Shown piece by piece: positions 18,395-28,098 of a DNA stretch of 64,000 nucleotides. How positions within the stretch are numbered: position 1 is the stretch's first letter; each line of letters begins with the position of its first letter. The position numbers and the translations under genes are program-made. The stretch lies in sequence record OR062527; one strand, written 5' to 3'. The stretch comes from Escherichia phage vB_EcoM_11B_SA_NWU. The notes under the pieces were generated by a model, which saw only the letters and a list, made by a program, of their open reading frames with translations, did not search any database and was not told where the DNA came from.

Positions 18395-18983
18395 AAACTT
18401 TTACTTTAGGCTGTTCTTCAAACGGTAATTCATATCCACATATTACAATTTTGTGATCGATACCAAAATACACAGAAGCAATATTATTAATATTATTTTC
18501 AGTGAAATCTAAATCAACATCAATATCTTTTTGACTAACGCTCAAAGGATAATTAATACGAATAATTCGATTATCTTTAACAAAGATTCCACCGACATAC
18601 TCTGTGCTGCGTTTAAAGTTTACACGTTTCCTAAATGAAAAATATTCAGGTTCTTTATGGGCTCGACTCATAGGACTTAAAGTGTATTCCGAATATGAAA
18701 TATCAAATCCTACACCTTCAATATGAGCCAAAGTGTCATGATTAAACCAATTATAATCGTATGCCAAATCCATTAAATTGTAATATGTGAAAGGCACCGG
18801 ATTAACATCATATGTTGTACCTTTAAAATCTGCCCAGGCAACGATTTCGTTATCTTTAACAATTACAAAAATTGTGCCAATAAGATATCCACGGTTATTT
18901 TCATCAGGCGTTATATTATAACATTGTGCATCAGGAAATTTACCGTATTTAAACGGTGGATTTTTGTGCATATAATAAATCAT
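18351..18983 (-). CDS. 61.2-like protein (210 aa); position of T4 anti-DarT factor AdfA
   Basis: Synteny between 61 and sp; C-terminus IDDQIFNAFMNKG shared with the 61.1-like ORF. Confidence 0.5.
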   Translation of the reverse strand: MIYYMHKNPPFKYGKFPDAQCYNITPDENNRGYLIGTIFVIVKDNEIVAWADFKGTTYDVNPVPFTYYNLMDLAYDYNWFNHDTLAHIEGVGFDISYSEYTLSPMSRAHKEPEYFSFRKRVNFKRSTEYVGGIFVKDNRIIRINYPLSVSQKDIDVDLDFTENNINNIASVYFGIDHKIVICGYELPFEEQPKVKVSIDDQIFNAFMNKG

Positions 18984-18984
18984 A

Positions 18985-19278
18985 TTATTCGCCTGTGATT
19001 TCGGTTACGATATTTTTGTTATTAAAGTTTTTATCGCAATACAGAACATAATTATACTGCATTACTCCACCAGATTTAAGCTGTTTTTGCACTTCGGCTT
19101 TCATTTCAGGACGATCGCGCTCAACAATATTCATAATATCTGCTTCAATCTGGGTTTCAACCTCAGTCTGATCTGCAGTCATAGACCATTCACACAAATC
19201 TTTATCATAACCTGCCATAGCAGGCTGAGCAGCACAAGAAGCTAAAGCAAAAATTGTAGCAAAGATAAATTTTTTCAT
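18985..19278 (-). CDS. sp: Spackle periplasmic protein (97 aa)
   Basis: Signal peptide MKKFIFATIFALASCAAQPAMA; 97 aa; synteny with T4 61.3/sp; early promoter upstream. Confidence 0.8.
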   Translation of the reverse strand: MKKFIFATIFALASCAAQPAMAGYDKDLCEWSMTADQTEVETQIEADIMNIVERDRPEMKAEVQKQLKSGGVMQYNYVLYCDKNFNNKNIVTEITGE

Positions 19279-19299
19279 GATAATCTCCTCAGTAGTTTA

Positions 19300-19336
19300 T
19301 GTTTATATAGTATCTCAATTTCCAACAAAAGTAAAC
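19300..19336 (-). promoter_or_regulatory. T4-type early promoter upstream of sp
   Basis: GTTTACTTTTGTTGGAAATTGAGATACTAT. Confidence 0.55.
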
Positions 19337-19338
19337 AG

Positions 19339-19596
19339 TTATTTTAAAACTTCTGCGTAATCACATGTTACAAACTGTTTCTCTAGCTTGGCGATTTTAC
19401 GAAAGTATCTTTTACATTGACGAATCTGTCGCTTAGTAGGGCGCACAGCAAACTTAATAAATTCCACTCGACCAAATGGAGGACTTTCTTCTGTTGGAAT
19501 ATCTAACACCAATTCCCACGTATCTGCAATAAGTGCTTTGAATTGAGTATTTTTTCTGACACTATACGGAGTAGGCTTAAATAAAACTATATGCAT
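19339..19596 (-). CDS. 61.4-like small basic protein (85 aa; TifA position)
   Basis: Internal ATG 1 nt after the dmd stop with a GAGGA Shine-Dalgarno; adjacent to dmd as T4 61.4. Confidence 0.5.
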   Translation of the reverse strand: MHIVLFKPTPYSVRKNTQFKALIADTWELVLDIPTEESPPFGRVEFIKFAVRPTKRQIRQCKRYFRKIAKLEKQFVTCDYAEVLK

Positions 19597-19597
19597 A

Positions 19598-19780
19598 TTA
19601 TCCTCGGCAATCTGCTTCACACACTTTCTTGTCATCAATGAAAGCTTTAACTAATGCTTTATTAACTTCAGCATATTGAGTAGTAGCCCATTGAACGTCA
19701 TCTTTCATCATTGTGGTTTCTTTAGTAAACATGCTTTCATTCTTAAACCACCCCATAAAAACTACCTTTACCAATTCCAT
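19598..19780 (-). CDS. dmd: Dmd antitoxin (discriminator of mRNA degradation), 60 aa
   Basis: 60-aa sequence MELVKVVFMGWFKNESMFTKE... matches T4 Dmd (61.5) as recalled; early promoter upstream. Confidence 0.85.
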   Translation of the reverse strand: MELVKVVFMGWFKNESMFTKETTMMKDDVQWATTQYAEVNKALVKAFIDDKKVCEADCRG

Positions 19781-19804
19781 AACAATCTCCTCATTTAACC
19801 AACA

Positions 19805-19839
19805 AGACTACTATACCATAGTCTTGTCAGCTTGTAAAC
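19805..19839 (-). promoter_or_regulatory. T4-type early promoter upstream of dmd
   Basis: GTTTACAAGCTGACAAGACTATGGTATAGT; -10 between CAAGACTA/TAGTCTTG inverted repeats. Confidence 0.55.
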
Positions 19840-21266
19840 TAAAATTTTAATTCATTTGCCAAAGCATCTAACTGAGCTCGAGCTGATTCGTTTCTTTGAT
19901 AGCGATTCTGTTCAGCCTGAATCTGTTGTGAACCTGCTACTTCACTCACTTCAGTTGGAGTAGAATCTTGTTCAATTTCTACCCATTTCTGATTTCCTTT
20001 TTGAACACCCATCAAAAACTTATTCCACTTATTCTTATCACCATATCGTGATTTGATTTGCTTAATGAGTTGTTGTTCAGCAGCTGCTAACTCTTCAGTT
20101 TCAATGACCGCAAGCATAAAATCAGCTGTTGCTGGAAGACCAGCAGATTCTGCGATATCACTCATGTTAACATCAGAAGAGTCCCAAGCTTGTTTACCAA
20201 CCTGTGCTGCAGTCCAAAGAACAGTTTCGGTTTCAACAGCCAGAGCACGTAATTCCTCTGCAATAGCTTTAACAGTTGTGTAACTATTTTCTGAATAAAC
20301 TCTAATGCGGCAAGATTTACAAATACCTAGATAGTCGACAATAATAATTGTTGGAACAAAATTCTTTTTGAGCTTCAATTCATTCAAGAGAGACCTGAAT
20401 GTGTTAGCATCTGCCCCACCAGTGGGATACTGTTTAACGATTAAACGACCGAGGGTAGATTTCTCACGCCATTTTTCCATTTTTCCTTTATACTCAGCGT
20501 AAGAAATATGTCCATCATCAATATCATCAAGAGAAACATCGAGCATATTAGCATCAATACGTTTAGCGCAGACTTCTTCTGCCATTTCCATAGAGATATA
20601 AAGAACGTTATGACCAAGCTGCAAATAATCTGCTGCTAATGAACAAAGTCCTAATGATTTACCAACGTTAACGCCAGCCATTAAAACGTTCAGTGTTCCT
20701 GTCTCAGCTCCGCCTTTAGTAATTTTGTTTAGAATTCTGAGTTTAAATGGAACTTTACGAGCTTTATTCATATAAGATAGCCAGCGTGCTTCATAGTCAT
20801 CCATCCAATCATGACCAACGTAGCTATCAAATGAAATTGATAATGCTTGACGCATGATGTCAGGAATAGCACCAACATCCGGCATTTTCTTATTTCGTTT
20901 TTCTGGAGGAAGCTCAGCATTAGTTTGAATTTCAATTATTTTAGACGTAGCATTAAACATCGCCCTTTGCTGAACATATTTTTCTGTTTCTTTTACTAAC
21001 CAGCTGTGGTCTTCTGGAGAATCAGCCAGTTTTGAAATAAGTGTTTTTACACCAGAATATTCTGTTTCAGTAAATGAACTATTTTCTAATGCAACATTTA
21101 ACGCATTAATAGATGGAACGCTATGATACTCATTAACATGAGATTTAATTAATTTGAATGTATTTTTAGCTGGACCACTTTCAAAATATTCTGAATCCAT
21201 ATATGGCCAAACTTTTGAAAAATAAGCTTGATCAAATATGAGATGAGAAAGAATAATTTCTACCAC
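19839..21266 (-). CDS. 41: replicative DNA helicase gp41 (475 aa)
   Basis: DnaB-family Walker A GVNVGKS; 475 aa; N-terminus MVEIILSHLIFDQAYF matches T4 gp41 as recalled. Confidence 0.9.
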   Translation of the reverse strand: MVEIILSHLIFDQAYFSKVWPYMDSEYFESGPAKNTFKLIKSHVNEYHSVPSINALNVALENSSFTETEYSGVKTLISKLADSPEDHSWLVKETEKYVQQRAMFNATSKIIEIQTNAELPPEKRNKKMPDVGAIPDIMRQALSISFDSYVGHDWMDDYEARWLSYMNKARKVPFKLRILNKITKGGAETGTLNVLMAGVNVGKSLGLCSLAADYLQLGHNVLYISMEMAEEVCAKRIDANMLDVSLDDIDDGHISYAEYKGKMEKWREKSTLGRLIVKQYPTGGADANTFRSLLNELKLKKNFVPTIIIVDYLGICKSCRIRVYSENSYTTVKAIAEELRALAVETETVLWTAAQVGKQAWDSSDVNMSDIAESAGLPATADFMLAVIETEELAAAEQQLIKQIKSRYGDKNKWNKFLMGVQKGNQKWVEIEQDSTPTEVSEVAGSQQIQAEQNRYQRNESARAQLDALANELKF

Positions 21267-21275
21267 ACTTACTCC

Positions 21276-21638
21276 TTAAAAGAATTTAAACTTTTTCTTT
21301 GACCTTTTATTAAATGCATCTTGTAGTTGCATTGTAATACATTTTTCTACATGAGGAGCTAACTCAGCTTTTCTTTCTTGGTCAAGAACAGCAAAGTCCA
21401 TTACGACTTTTCCATCAACCCAATCTAATTTTGTCACATACACAATGTGTGTAGAACCATCTTCTAGTTTAATGACAATCTCCTGGATAACATTTTCCAT
21501 GGCAGATTTAATTATCTTAAGAGATTCATTAAAAAGACGTTCTTTTCTTTCTTCTTCCCCCTCCGAAGAGGGGGATTCATCGATAATTTCTAGATCTAAA
21601 TCTAAATCATCTTTATTCATTAAATTCTTCCATATCAC
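21276..21638 (-). CDS. gene 40-like protein by position (120 aa)
   Basis: ORF between uvsX and 41 as in T4; start overlaps the uvsX 3' end. Confidence 0.45.
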   Translation of the reverse strand: MIWKNLMNKDDLDLDLEIIDESPSSEGEEERKERLFNESLKIIKSAMENVIQEIVIKLEDGSTHIVYVTKLDWVDGKVVMDFAVLDQERKAELAPHVEKCITMQLQDAFNKRSKKKFKFF

Positions 21639-22794
21639 TTAACTGCTCGAGGTCAGTTTCTAAATCAGCGGCTGATTTACTTTTACTTTCTGGAGATTTA
21701 AATTTTTCAACCTTTGAGTTAATCAATTCATCAACTTCAGCTTCAACAATTTCATTACTATCAATAGCACCTAATTGATAAGCACGTTTAATAGCATCTC
21801 GGAATGGTTGATGCTTAAATAAAGGACCCCAGAATGTAGTGCAATTGGTATCTTTTGCACGCCAAGATTTTTCTTCGCGAATCATCTCGCCGGTTTCTTC
21901 GTCAAGAAATTCACGAGCATACCAACCATTCTTAGGTTTTACTACAAATCCTAATTCTAGAGCCATATCTAACAATCCAGAATAAGGATCGATACCACCG
22001 TCAAATTTAACATCAATAAAGAATTTACTTTTTTCTTTAACGGTACGAGATTTTTCTACATTTAGAACAAATTGATACCCCTGAAGATCAGAACCATCTT
22101 TAATCTGACGTTTACCGATAATGAATACAGTATCAGCCGAATACATTACGCCTGTACCGCCTGTCATCACGGTTTTACTAAACATTTCAATTGTTTCAAT
22201 TGTATGGTTAACCGCAACGCATGGAATATTTTTAATGCTAAAGTAAGGAGTAACAATACGGAATAATGACTTCAGTGATTTAGCACGAGTCATATCTGCC
22301 ACAGATTTTTCATTCAAGGCATCTTCAGTTTCTTTCTTAGAAGCCATATTACCGATTGAGTCGATGAATACAATAACTTTTTCACCGCGCTCAATAGCTT
22401 CAAGCTGATTCACCATATCAATTTTCAGCTGTTCAACTGACTGAATTGGCGTATGAATTACTCGTTCCGGGTCAACTCCCATGGATCGCAAATAAGCTGG
22501 AGTAATACCAAATTCGCTATCATAGAATAGACAAACCGCGTCAGGATATTTGTTCAAATACGCCGCAACCATAGTCAAAGACATATTTGATTTAAAGTGC
22601 TTAGAAGGCCCTGCGAAAATAGTTAAACCAGACTGCATTCCACCATCAATCGCACCTGAAATAGCGATATTAAGCATTGGGATTTTTGTACGGATTACAT
22701 CCTTTTCATTAAAGAATTTAGATGTAGTCAGTTCAGCAGTCATTTTAGAAGTGGAAGCTTTAATCAAACGGGATTTTAAATCTGCAATAGACAT
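21613..22794 (-). CDS. uvsX: UvsX recombinase (393 aa), RecA-like
   Basis: RecA fold motifs (GPSKHFKS); near-identity to T4 UvsX as recalled; synteny. Confidence 0.9.
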   Translation of the reverse strand: MSIADLKSRLIKASTSKMTAELTTSKFFNEKDVIRTKIPMLNIAISGAIDGGMQSGLTIFAGPSKHFKSNMSLTMVAAYLNKYPDAVCLFYDSEFGITPAYLRSMGVDPERVIHTPIQSVEQLKIDMVNQLEAIERGEKVIVFIDSIGNMASKKETEDALNEKSVADMTRAKSLKSLFRIVTPYFSIKNIPCVAVNHTIETIEMFSKTVMTGGTGVMYSADTVFIIGKRQIKDGSDLQGYQFVLNVEKSRTVKEKSKFFIDVKFDGGIDPYSGLLDMALELGFVVKPKNGWYAREFLDEETGEMIREEKSWRAKDTNCTTFWGPLFKHQPFRDAIKRAYQLGAIDSNEIVEAEVDELINSKVEKFKSPESKSKSAADLETDLEQLSDMEEFNE

Positions 22795-22871
22795 TCATTT
22801 TTTCCATAGGCATCATTATATTTTCCTCACTGGTTAAAGATAGAGTAATTATAACACAATAAATTTAGGCA

Positions 22872-23720
22872 TTAATCAACTGCTATTGGATGAATAGCAT
22901 TAAACTTATGAAATGCTTCTGATTTTTCTTTACGTGAAACACACATGCGAAGAACCTTTAATGGCTCGTCTTCTTCACCCAACGATTTTCGTTTTTCAAT
23001 ATTAGAAGTTTTCCAACGAGCTTGCTCTGGAAACTCTCTATTGATTTGCTCAAGCGCTCTATTATGTTTAGAATTACTACGAATTGAACTGCACCCTCCA
23101 GGAGCTTGTGCTTTTCCAGATACAACCAGATATTTGAACAAGGCCAAATGCGGATAACCTTGATTAATTAAATTGAGAAATGCATACATATCTTCGCACA
23201 AATCAATTTTTCCATACCCAATTTGTTCTGTCGTAAGTTTTCCGAGGTCATACCATGTATTCGTGAATCCATATGAATTTTCACGATAATTACCCCAAGA
23301 TGAAGTAATTTTAAAAATAGGTAGACGAGCATGACCATGATAATACCCGCAATCCATGGCATCCTCAACATATTGAATCAATTCATAGAACTGTTCACGA
23401 GTTAATTGATTAATTTTATCTACACAACGACGATCATCTCTTTTTCGCATTGAGCTCATACGAATAGTAGTATCATCGTCAATCATCCAGATTCGTTGAC
23501 CTGCATACATATCAGTAATTGCTTTACGAGTACCGGCAATTCCGTTTACATCATCAGGAATAGTTATAATTTTAGCTCTAGACCCATAGGCATCATAATA
23601 AGCTTTTTCTTCATGTTCACGCACTACAATATGGGGTTCATAATCAGTCGGAAACATATCAAGGGCAGAAACTGCCCCGACACGCTGATAACTTGGAATT
23701 ACGAATTGAATCATTTCCAC
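22872..23720 (-). CDS. GT-A-type glycosyltransferase (282 aa) in the T4 beta-gt position; candidate beta-glucosyl-HMC-alpha-glucosyltransferase
   Basis: DxD motif (WMIDDDTTI); does not resemble the 351-aa T4 beta-gt as recalled; located between uvsX and 42. Confidence 0.5.
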   Translation of the reverse strand: MEMIQFVIPSYQRVGAVSALDMFPTDYEPHIVVREHEEKAYYDAYGSRAKIITIPDDVNGIAGTRKAITDMYAGQRIWMIDDDTTIRMSSMRKRDDRRCVDKINQLTREQFYELIQYVEDAMDCGYYHGHARLPIFKITSSWGNYRENSYGFTNTWYDLGKLTTEQIGYGKIDLCEDMYAFLNLINQGYPHLALFKYLVVSGKAQAPGGCSSIRSNSKHNRALEQINREFPEQARWKTSNIEKRKSLGEEDEPLKVLRMCVSRKEKSEAFHKFNAIHPIAVD

Positions 23721-24451
23721 TCACCGTTATAATCTTTTTTCGCAATATGAGTTTCGCCAGTATTCCACCAATGGTCAACCAAATAAAAATGGCGGGAATA
23801 CACATGAAGACTTCCGACATTCCATATAATAGAACCTGCTTTATACTGACGAGTTGAATCACCTGCATTCAAATCAGATACTAATTTATCTAGTACGTAT
23901 TTTTGCCATGCATAATCATTACGGAATCCGAAGACCACGTCATTTGAACGCATGTTTACTACTGCATTGACTTTCTTATCACGAATCAAGTACTGTACTG
24001 TATTCGTACACATGAAATCTGACATACCATCTTTACGATAGTCAAACTGCATGGATGGGCGAGTATAAATCATGATACCACGCCGAGAATCAGGATTTTG
24101 ACCAAGTTCAAATAAACACATATCATACTGGGCATAGTTATCTTCTGACCAGATGGCCCAACCATAATTCGAGTTAATTTCGCCTTTAGAAGATGCTACC
24201 TGCTGCCAAATCTTTGGTGTTTCACCTGGAATATCTTTAACAAACAAGCTCTTAGATTTATACCATTCAAGTTCACGCTGAATGTATTCATCATTAAGAG
24301 CGCCAAAAATAAACGGTTCATCTGCTACAAATGATGCGCCAATAATTTCAATAGTTTTAACGCCAGTTTTATCAACTACGAAATCTTTTTCTTTTAATGC
24401 AAGCCCCAAATGAAGACGGATTTCTTCAACTGTCATAGAGTCACTAATCAT
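23711..24451 (-). CDS. 42: dCMP hydroxymethylase gp42 (246 aa)
   Basis: Thymidylate-synthase-like fold; 246 aa as in T4 gp42; synteny. Confidence 0.9.
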   Translation of the reverse strand: MISDSMTVEEIRLHLGLALKEKDFVVDKTGVKTIEIIGASFVADEPFIFGALNDEYIQRELEWYKSKSLFVKDIPGETPKIWQQVASSKGEINSNYGWAIWSEDNYAQYDMCLFELGQNPDSRRGIMIYTRPSMQFDYRKDGMSDFMCTNTVQYLIRDKKVNAVVNMRSNDVVFGFRNDYAWQKYVLDKLVSDLNAGDSTRQYKAGSIIWNVGSLHVYSRHFYLVDHWWNTGETHIAKKDYNGEWK

Positions 24452-24458
24452 TTAAACC

Positions 24459-24608
24459 TCAATTGATACATTCATATTTAACTTGTAACAGTAATAAACC
24501 CCAACCTAAAATAATAGTTGGAATCATAAGAGGAACCGTTACACTATAGTATATACTTATTATAACCATCAAGATTAAAAGCAACACTGCTATAATTTTG
24601 CTTTTCAT
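24459..24608 (-). CDS. micro membrane protein (49 aa)
   Basis: Hand-translated MKSKIIAVLLLILMVIISIYY...; ATGA overlap with the imm stop. Confidence 0.4.
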   Translation of the reverse strand: MKSKIIAVLLLILMVIISIYYSVTVPLMIPTIILGWGLLLLQVKYECIN

Positions 24609-24856
24609 TCCTTCTCTCTGATGATAATTACCTGATTTGGCTGTGCAGACTTTTTGGTTTCACCTGCAATTGACCAAATAAATGTAATAAACCAACCAAT
24701 GATTGACCAGTTAAACAGTAAAGACGTGAAAAAGATTCCTACTGTTGATTTAGACCCACGCATCAAGGCGATGAAGCACGGAAGCATGTATATAATAATA
24801 GCCAACACGCCTGAAACTAAAACCATAAAAATTGAACCTGCTACTAAAGTTTCCAT
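24605..24856 (-). CDS. imm: Imm superinfection immunity membrane protein (83 aa)
   Basis: 83-aa two-TM protein in the T4 imm position between 42 and 43. Confidence 0.8.
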   Translation of the reverse strand: METLVAGSIFMVLVSGVLAIIIYMLPCFIALMRGSKSTVGIFFTSLLFNWSIIGWFITFIWSIAGETKKSAQPNQVIIIREKE

Positions 24857-24862
24857 GTTTCC

Positions 24863-25243
24863 TCACTTAGTCAAATTTTTTACACATGAATTATAAGAAT
24901 TCACTACATACTCCATCGGAGCATTTTTACCAGTACGCCATTGGTAATTATTAGCCCAATTAGCCCAAAGTTCGGCACAGTAGTTTTCAATTTTTTCTTC
25001 GCGTGTAATTACATCTGAATTACGATATGCTTGAGCAGATTCATCTGGACGAATAGCTTCGTCAAAATTCGCCTGCATTTGTTCTACTGTCTGTTTTGGA
25101 GCTTCTTTATAACACTTGACGTTAGGATTATAAAATTTGCTTGAACAGTTTACAATTTTTCCTACATCAGACTGATTTACTACCGGTCCTTGAGCTACAC
25201 AACCAGTAAGACCCAATGCAATAACCAAAATAGCAATTTTCAT
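24863..25243 (-). CDS. imm.1-like lipoprotein (126 aa; start at internal Met)
   Basis: Lipobox LTGC after MKIAILVIALG; GGAGAA Shine-Dalgarno; the track N-terminal extension reads through promoter DNA. Confidence 0.6.
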   Translation of the reverse strand: MKIAILVIALGLTGCVAQGPVVNQSDVGKIVNCSSKFYNPNVKCYKEAPKQTVEQMQANFDEAIRPDESAQAYRNSDVITREEKIENYCAELWANWANNYQWRTGKNAPMEYVVNSYNSCVKNLTK

Positions 25244-25265
25244 TTCATTCTCCAAATTTGTATTG

Positions 25266-25298
25266 GTTGATAGTTGTATAGTACCACAGAGGAACAGT
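25266..25298. repeat. 33-bp dispersed repeat copy 1 (promoter module gttgatagttgtatagtaccacagaggaacagt)
   Basis: Identical to 50526-50558; shorter relatives at 52447-52468 and 56434-56458. Confidence 0.7.
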
Positions 25299-25305
25299 GG
25301 ACCTA
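25271..25305 (-). promoter_or_regulatory. early promoter module (TGTGGTACTATACAACTATC) upstream of imm.1-like gene
   Basis: Shares a 33-bp identical block with the promoter at 50526-50558. Confidence 0.5.
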
Positions 25306-25349
25306 GAATCATCTATTTTTCCTAAGTATAGATTTATATTACTTGTATG

Positions 25350-25370
25350 AAAAAGGGACCCGGAGGTCCC
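25350..25370 (-). terminator. terminator-like hairpin after gene 43 (GGGACC-UCCG-GGUCCC then U5)
   Basis: Hairpin followed by UUUUUC on the minus strand. Confidence 0.6.
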
Positions 25371-25383
25371 TAGATTTATTCTA

Positions 25384-28080
25384 TCAGCCAAACAGGAAGT
25401 CTAACGAAGCTTTTTCCTCATAGTCCATACCTGCCGATTCACACATGCCCGCAAGCGGTTTAACAAACGATTTTTGAAACAAAGTTGAGTAGTCAATCCA
25501 AGACAGTACGTCAGAACGAATTTCTTTTGGAAGTTCCGTACCCGATGGCCAAGCAATGCACTTATCACCAAATGGATTTCCTTCACGTAATGGAAGAACC
25601 ATTACCTTATTTCCATCCAAAATTGGAGCTACACCTAAACCGTTAACAGCTCGACGATAAGTTAGTACACCACGAATATGGAATGGACATTTAAATCCTG
25701 GCCAACCTTTATCATCATATTTCGCTATATCGTTCGCAGTTTTTACTTCAGCAATAACTTTATAGTCAAGTTGACGATATTCTTTCTCAAAGTTCTTGTA
25801 GTATTCTTGGACAGACTCTTCACCTTCCTGAAGAATACGACGAATACTTTCTTCGAGAGCTTCTTGCACTGCTTTTGGTGTTGAACTCTGTTGAGTTTCC
25901 ATACCCATGATTTTTAGATGCGGTTCAGCAAATCGCTTATCTTCCATATCATAAACGTTCAGAGCATAACGTTTTTTCGCTTTCCAAAATCCACCGACAC
26001 CCTTTGAACCAAGTGGAGGGCAAGAAATAGCTTCACGGTCCATATGCATCAGATGCTCGCGGTTATTCATATAATCACATAACTCACGATATGCAACATC
26101 AATCATAGGTTCCATCTTTTTCTTACCAAACTGATTCATGAATTCAACTAAATCATTTTGTTCTTTAAAGCGATCAAGACCTACTTTTTCAATAACTTTA
26201 TCTACACAAACGTATACCGAATCAGTATCACCTGCTGCGATGAAATCTTCACTATTAGTTCCACACACTTTATTTAGATACTCATTAATTTTACGAGCAA
26301 TCCACTGAATACCGACTTGACCAAAAATTGTAATAGCAGTAGCATTTCGCAAATCATAGTAGCGGAAATGAATATTACCAAGAGCACCGTAAAGGCTGTT
26401 AATAAGAATTTTACGGTTCAGCTGATTTGTATTAGCAAGTGTAGCCGCTTTTTCACATTCTTCAATCAAACTATTAAGAACAGATTCGGTGTAATTCGAT
26501 AGTTCATTTAAGAAATCATCACTGAACTTAACATATCGTTCAACTTCAGGTTTAGTTGAACAAGACCCTGCGCCTTTCATAATAATCTTTTTAATAGCTT
26601 CGGCATTCATTTCTTCAGCGAACATTTTCTTTTTCCAATCTTTACGTTGGAAAAATACTTTAGCGATTTCCTTTGGAATGATACCTTCTTGATGCTTATC
26701 ATACATCCATCCATTCGGAGAACAAGAATATTCATCACTTGGCTTAGGAGCAGTTCCTGCGATATATTCATGAATTGGATGAACTTTAAACTGTCCACGA
26801 ATAGTTTCAGGACTAATGTTAACCTGACGAATAATGCTCGGATACAGAGACGTCAAGTCAAAACTCATAATATATCGACGAGCAATTGGTTTAGGTTCAA
26901 ATACGAATGCACCCGGAAAACTCTGTTTAACGTGCGAACCTTGTTGAGGAATAACCTTATGTTCACCTTTCAATGAGTTAAAAATAATAGCATCCCAGGT
27001 TTTAATAGGACTCATTACACCGGAAAAAGGCATTTTAGCGTAATAAGACATACTTAAAACTAGATCGATAAACCCGCGAATTTTATCAATTGCTTGAACT
27101 GATTCTACGTCAATGATGTTATAACTAATGTATCGTTGATGATTAGTCTCACGAAGTTTATTAATAGGACCGTCGTATGGTAATTTACCTTTTTTGGTTT
27201 CATGTTGAGCAACTGATTCCAAAGAGAATGACGGCAAATTAGTAAATGCGAATTTCTTATACAAATCTAAATAATCAAGAATAGATACGCCATCAATAGA
27301 ATAAATTTCTTTGCTACCGTACATATTTTGAATTAGTTTAGATTTTACTCGACCGATTGGAGAGAAGCGTTTCATACTACGTTCACCGAGAACCATTTTA
27401 ACGCGATTCATGATATACGGAACGTCAAACCCCTCAATATTCCAACCAGTAAAAATAGCAGGCCGTTTCTGTTCCCAGAGATTAATATATTCCATGAGCA
27501 TATCACGCTCATTATCGAATGGCATATAAATTACTCGGTCAAGAATTTCTTGAGGAACTTCATCACCACCTTCACAGTCAAGCTTAGCAGCTAACTTTGC
27601 ATCCCATTTTGATACTGAACCGTACATTGAATTCAAAAGGTCGAAAACATAAAAACGATCATCAATCGAATCGTAATGAGTGATAGCATCAATTTCATAT
27701 TCAGCTTTCATTGGGTCAGGAAATTTATCACCAGTAACCTCAATGTCACAGTTAGCTACACGAACAAATTTTCGGTCATAAACAATTTCTGAACCGTATG
27801 TATCACTGATATAAGCGAGTTTAAAATCGTTCATACCGAGAGCTTCGAGACCGATGTCTTCCATTCGTTTCATCCAATCTCGAGCATCTTTCATTGATGG
27901 AAATTTTTGAGGAGCGCAGTTTTTACCATAGATGTCTTTGTACTTTGACTCTTCCTTACAATGCCTAAACATAGTTGGAAGATATTCTACTTCACGAGTA
28001 CGTTCCTTTCCATTTTCATCAATATAACGCTCAACAATGTTATTTCCGACTGTTTCAATAGAGATATAAAATTCTTTCAT
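25384..28080 (-). CDS. 43: DNA polymerase gp43 (898 aa), family B
   Basis: 898 aa; exonuclease and polymerase motifs (DTDS); translational operator hairpin upstream. Confidence 0.95.
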   Translation of the reverse strand: MKEFYISIETVGNNIVERYIDENGKERTREVEYLPTMFRHCKEESKYKDIYGKNCAPQKFPSMKDARDWMKRMEDIGLEALGMNDFKLAYISDTYGSEIVYDRKFVRVANCDIEVTGDKFPDPMKAEYEIDAITHYDSIDDRFYVFDLLNSMYGSVSKWDAKLAAKLDCEGGDEVPQEILDRVIYMPFDNERDMLMEYINLWEQKRPAIFTGWNIEGFDVPYIMNRVKMVLGERSMKRFSPIGRVKSKLIQNMYGSKEIYSIDGVSILDYLDLYKKFAFTNLPSFSLESVAQHETKKGKLPYDGPINKLRETNHQRYISYNIIDVESVQAIDKIRGFIDLVLSMSYYAKMPFSGVMSPIKTWDAIIFNSLKGEHKVIPQQGSHVKQSFPGAFVFEPKPIARRYIMSFDLTSLYPSIIRQVNISPETIRGQFKVHPIHEYIAGTAPKPSDEYSCSPNGWMYDKHQEGIIPKEIAKVFFQRKDWKKKMFAEEMNAEAIKKIIMKGAGSCSTKPEVERYVKFSDDFLNELSNYTESVLNSLIEECEKAATLANTNQLNRKILINSLYGALGNIHFRYYDLRNATAITIFGQVGIQWIARKINEYLNKVCGTNSEDFIAAGDTDSVYVCVDKVIEKVGLDRFKEQNDLVEFMNQFGKKKMEPMIDVAYRELCDYMNNREHLMHMDREAISCPPLGSKGVGGFWKAKKRYALNVYDMEDKRFAEPHLKIMGMETQQSSTPKAVQEALEESIRRILQEGEESVQEYYKNFEKEYRQLDYKVIAEVKTANDIAKYDDKGWPGFKCPFHIRGVLTYRRAVNGLGVAPILDGNKVMVLPLREGNPFGDKCIAWPSGTELPKEIRSDVLSWIDYSTLFQKSFVKPLAGMCESAGMDYEEKASLDFLFG

Positions 28081-28098
28081 AGATATTCCTTAGTTTAT

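Noticed and set aside
22795-22871. Extended -10 (TGTGTTATAAT) between the GT-A gene and uvsX considered as a uvsX promoter
   Set aside because: No recognisable -35 or MotA box at the proper distance, so the call would rest on the -10 alone.
24863-25312. N-terminal extensions of ORFs 24863-25312, 49982-50569 and 56227-56460 that share the peptide CGTIQLS
   Set aside because: The shared peptide is just translation through the conserved early promoter module (CTGTGGTACTATACAACT). Each ORF has an internal ATG with a proper Shine-Dalgarno, which I used as the start.
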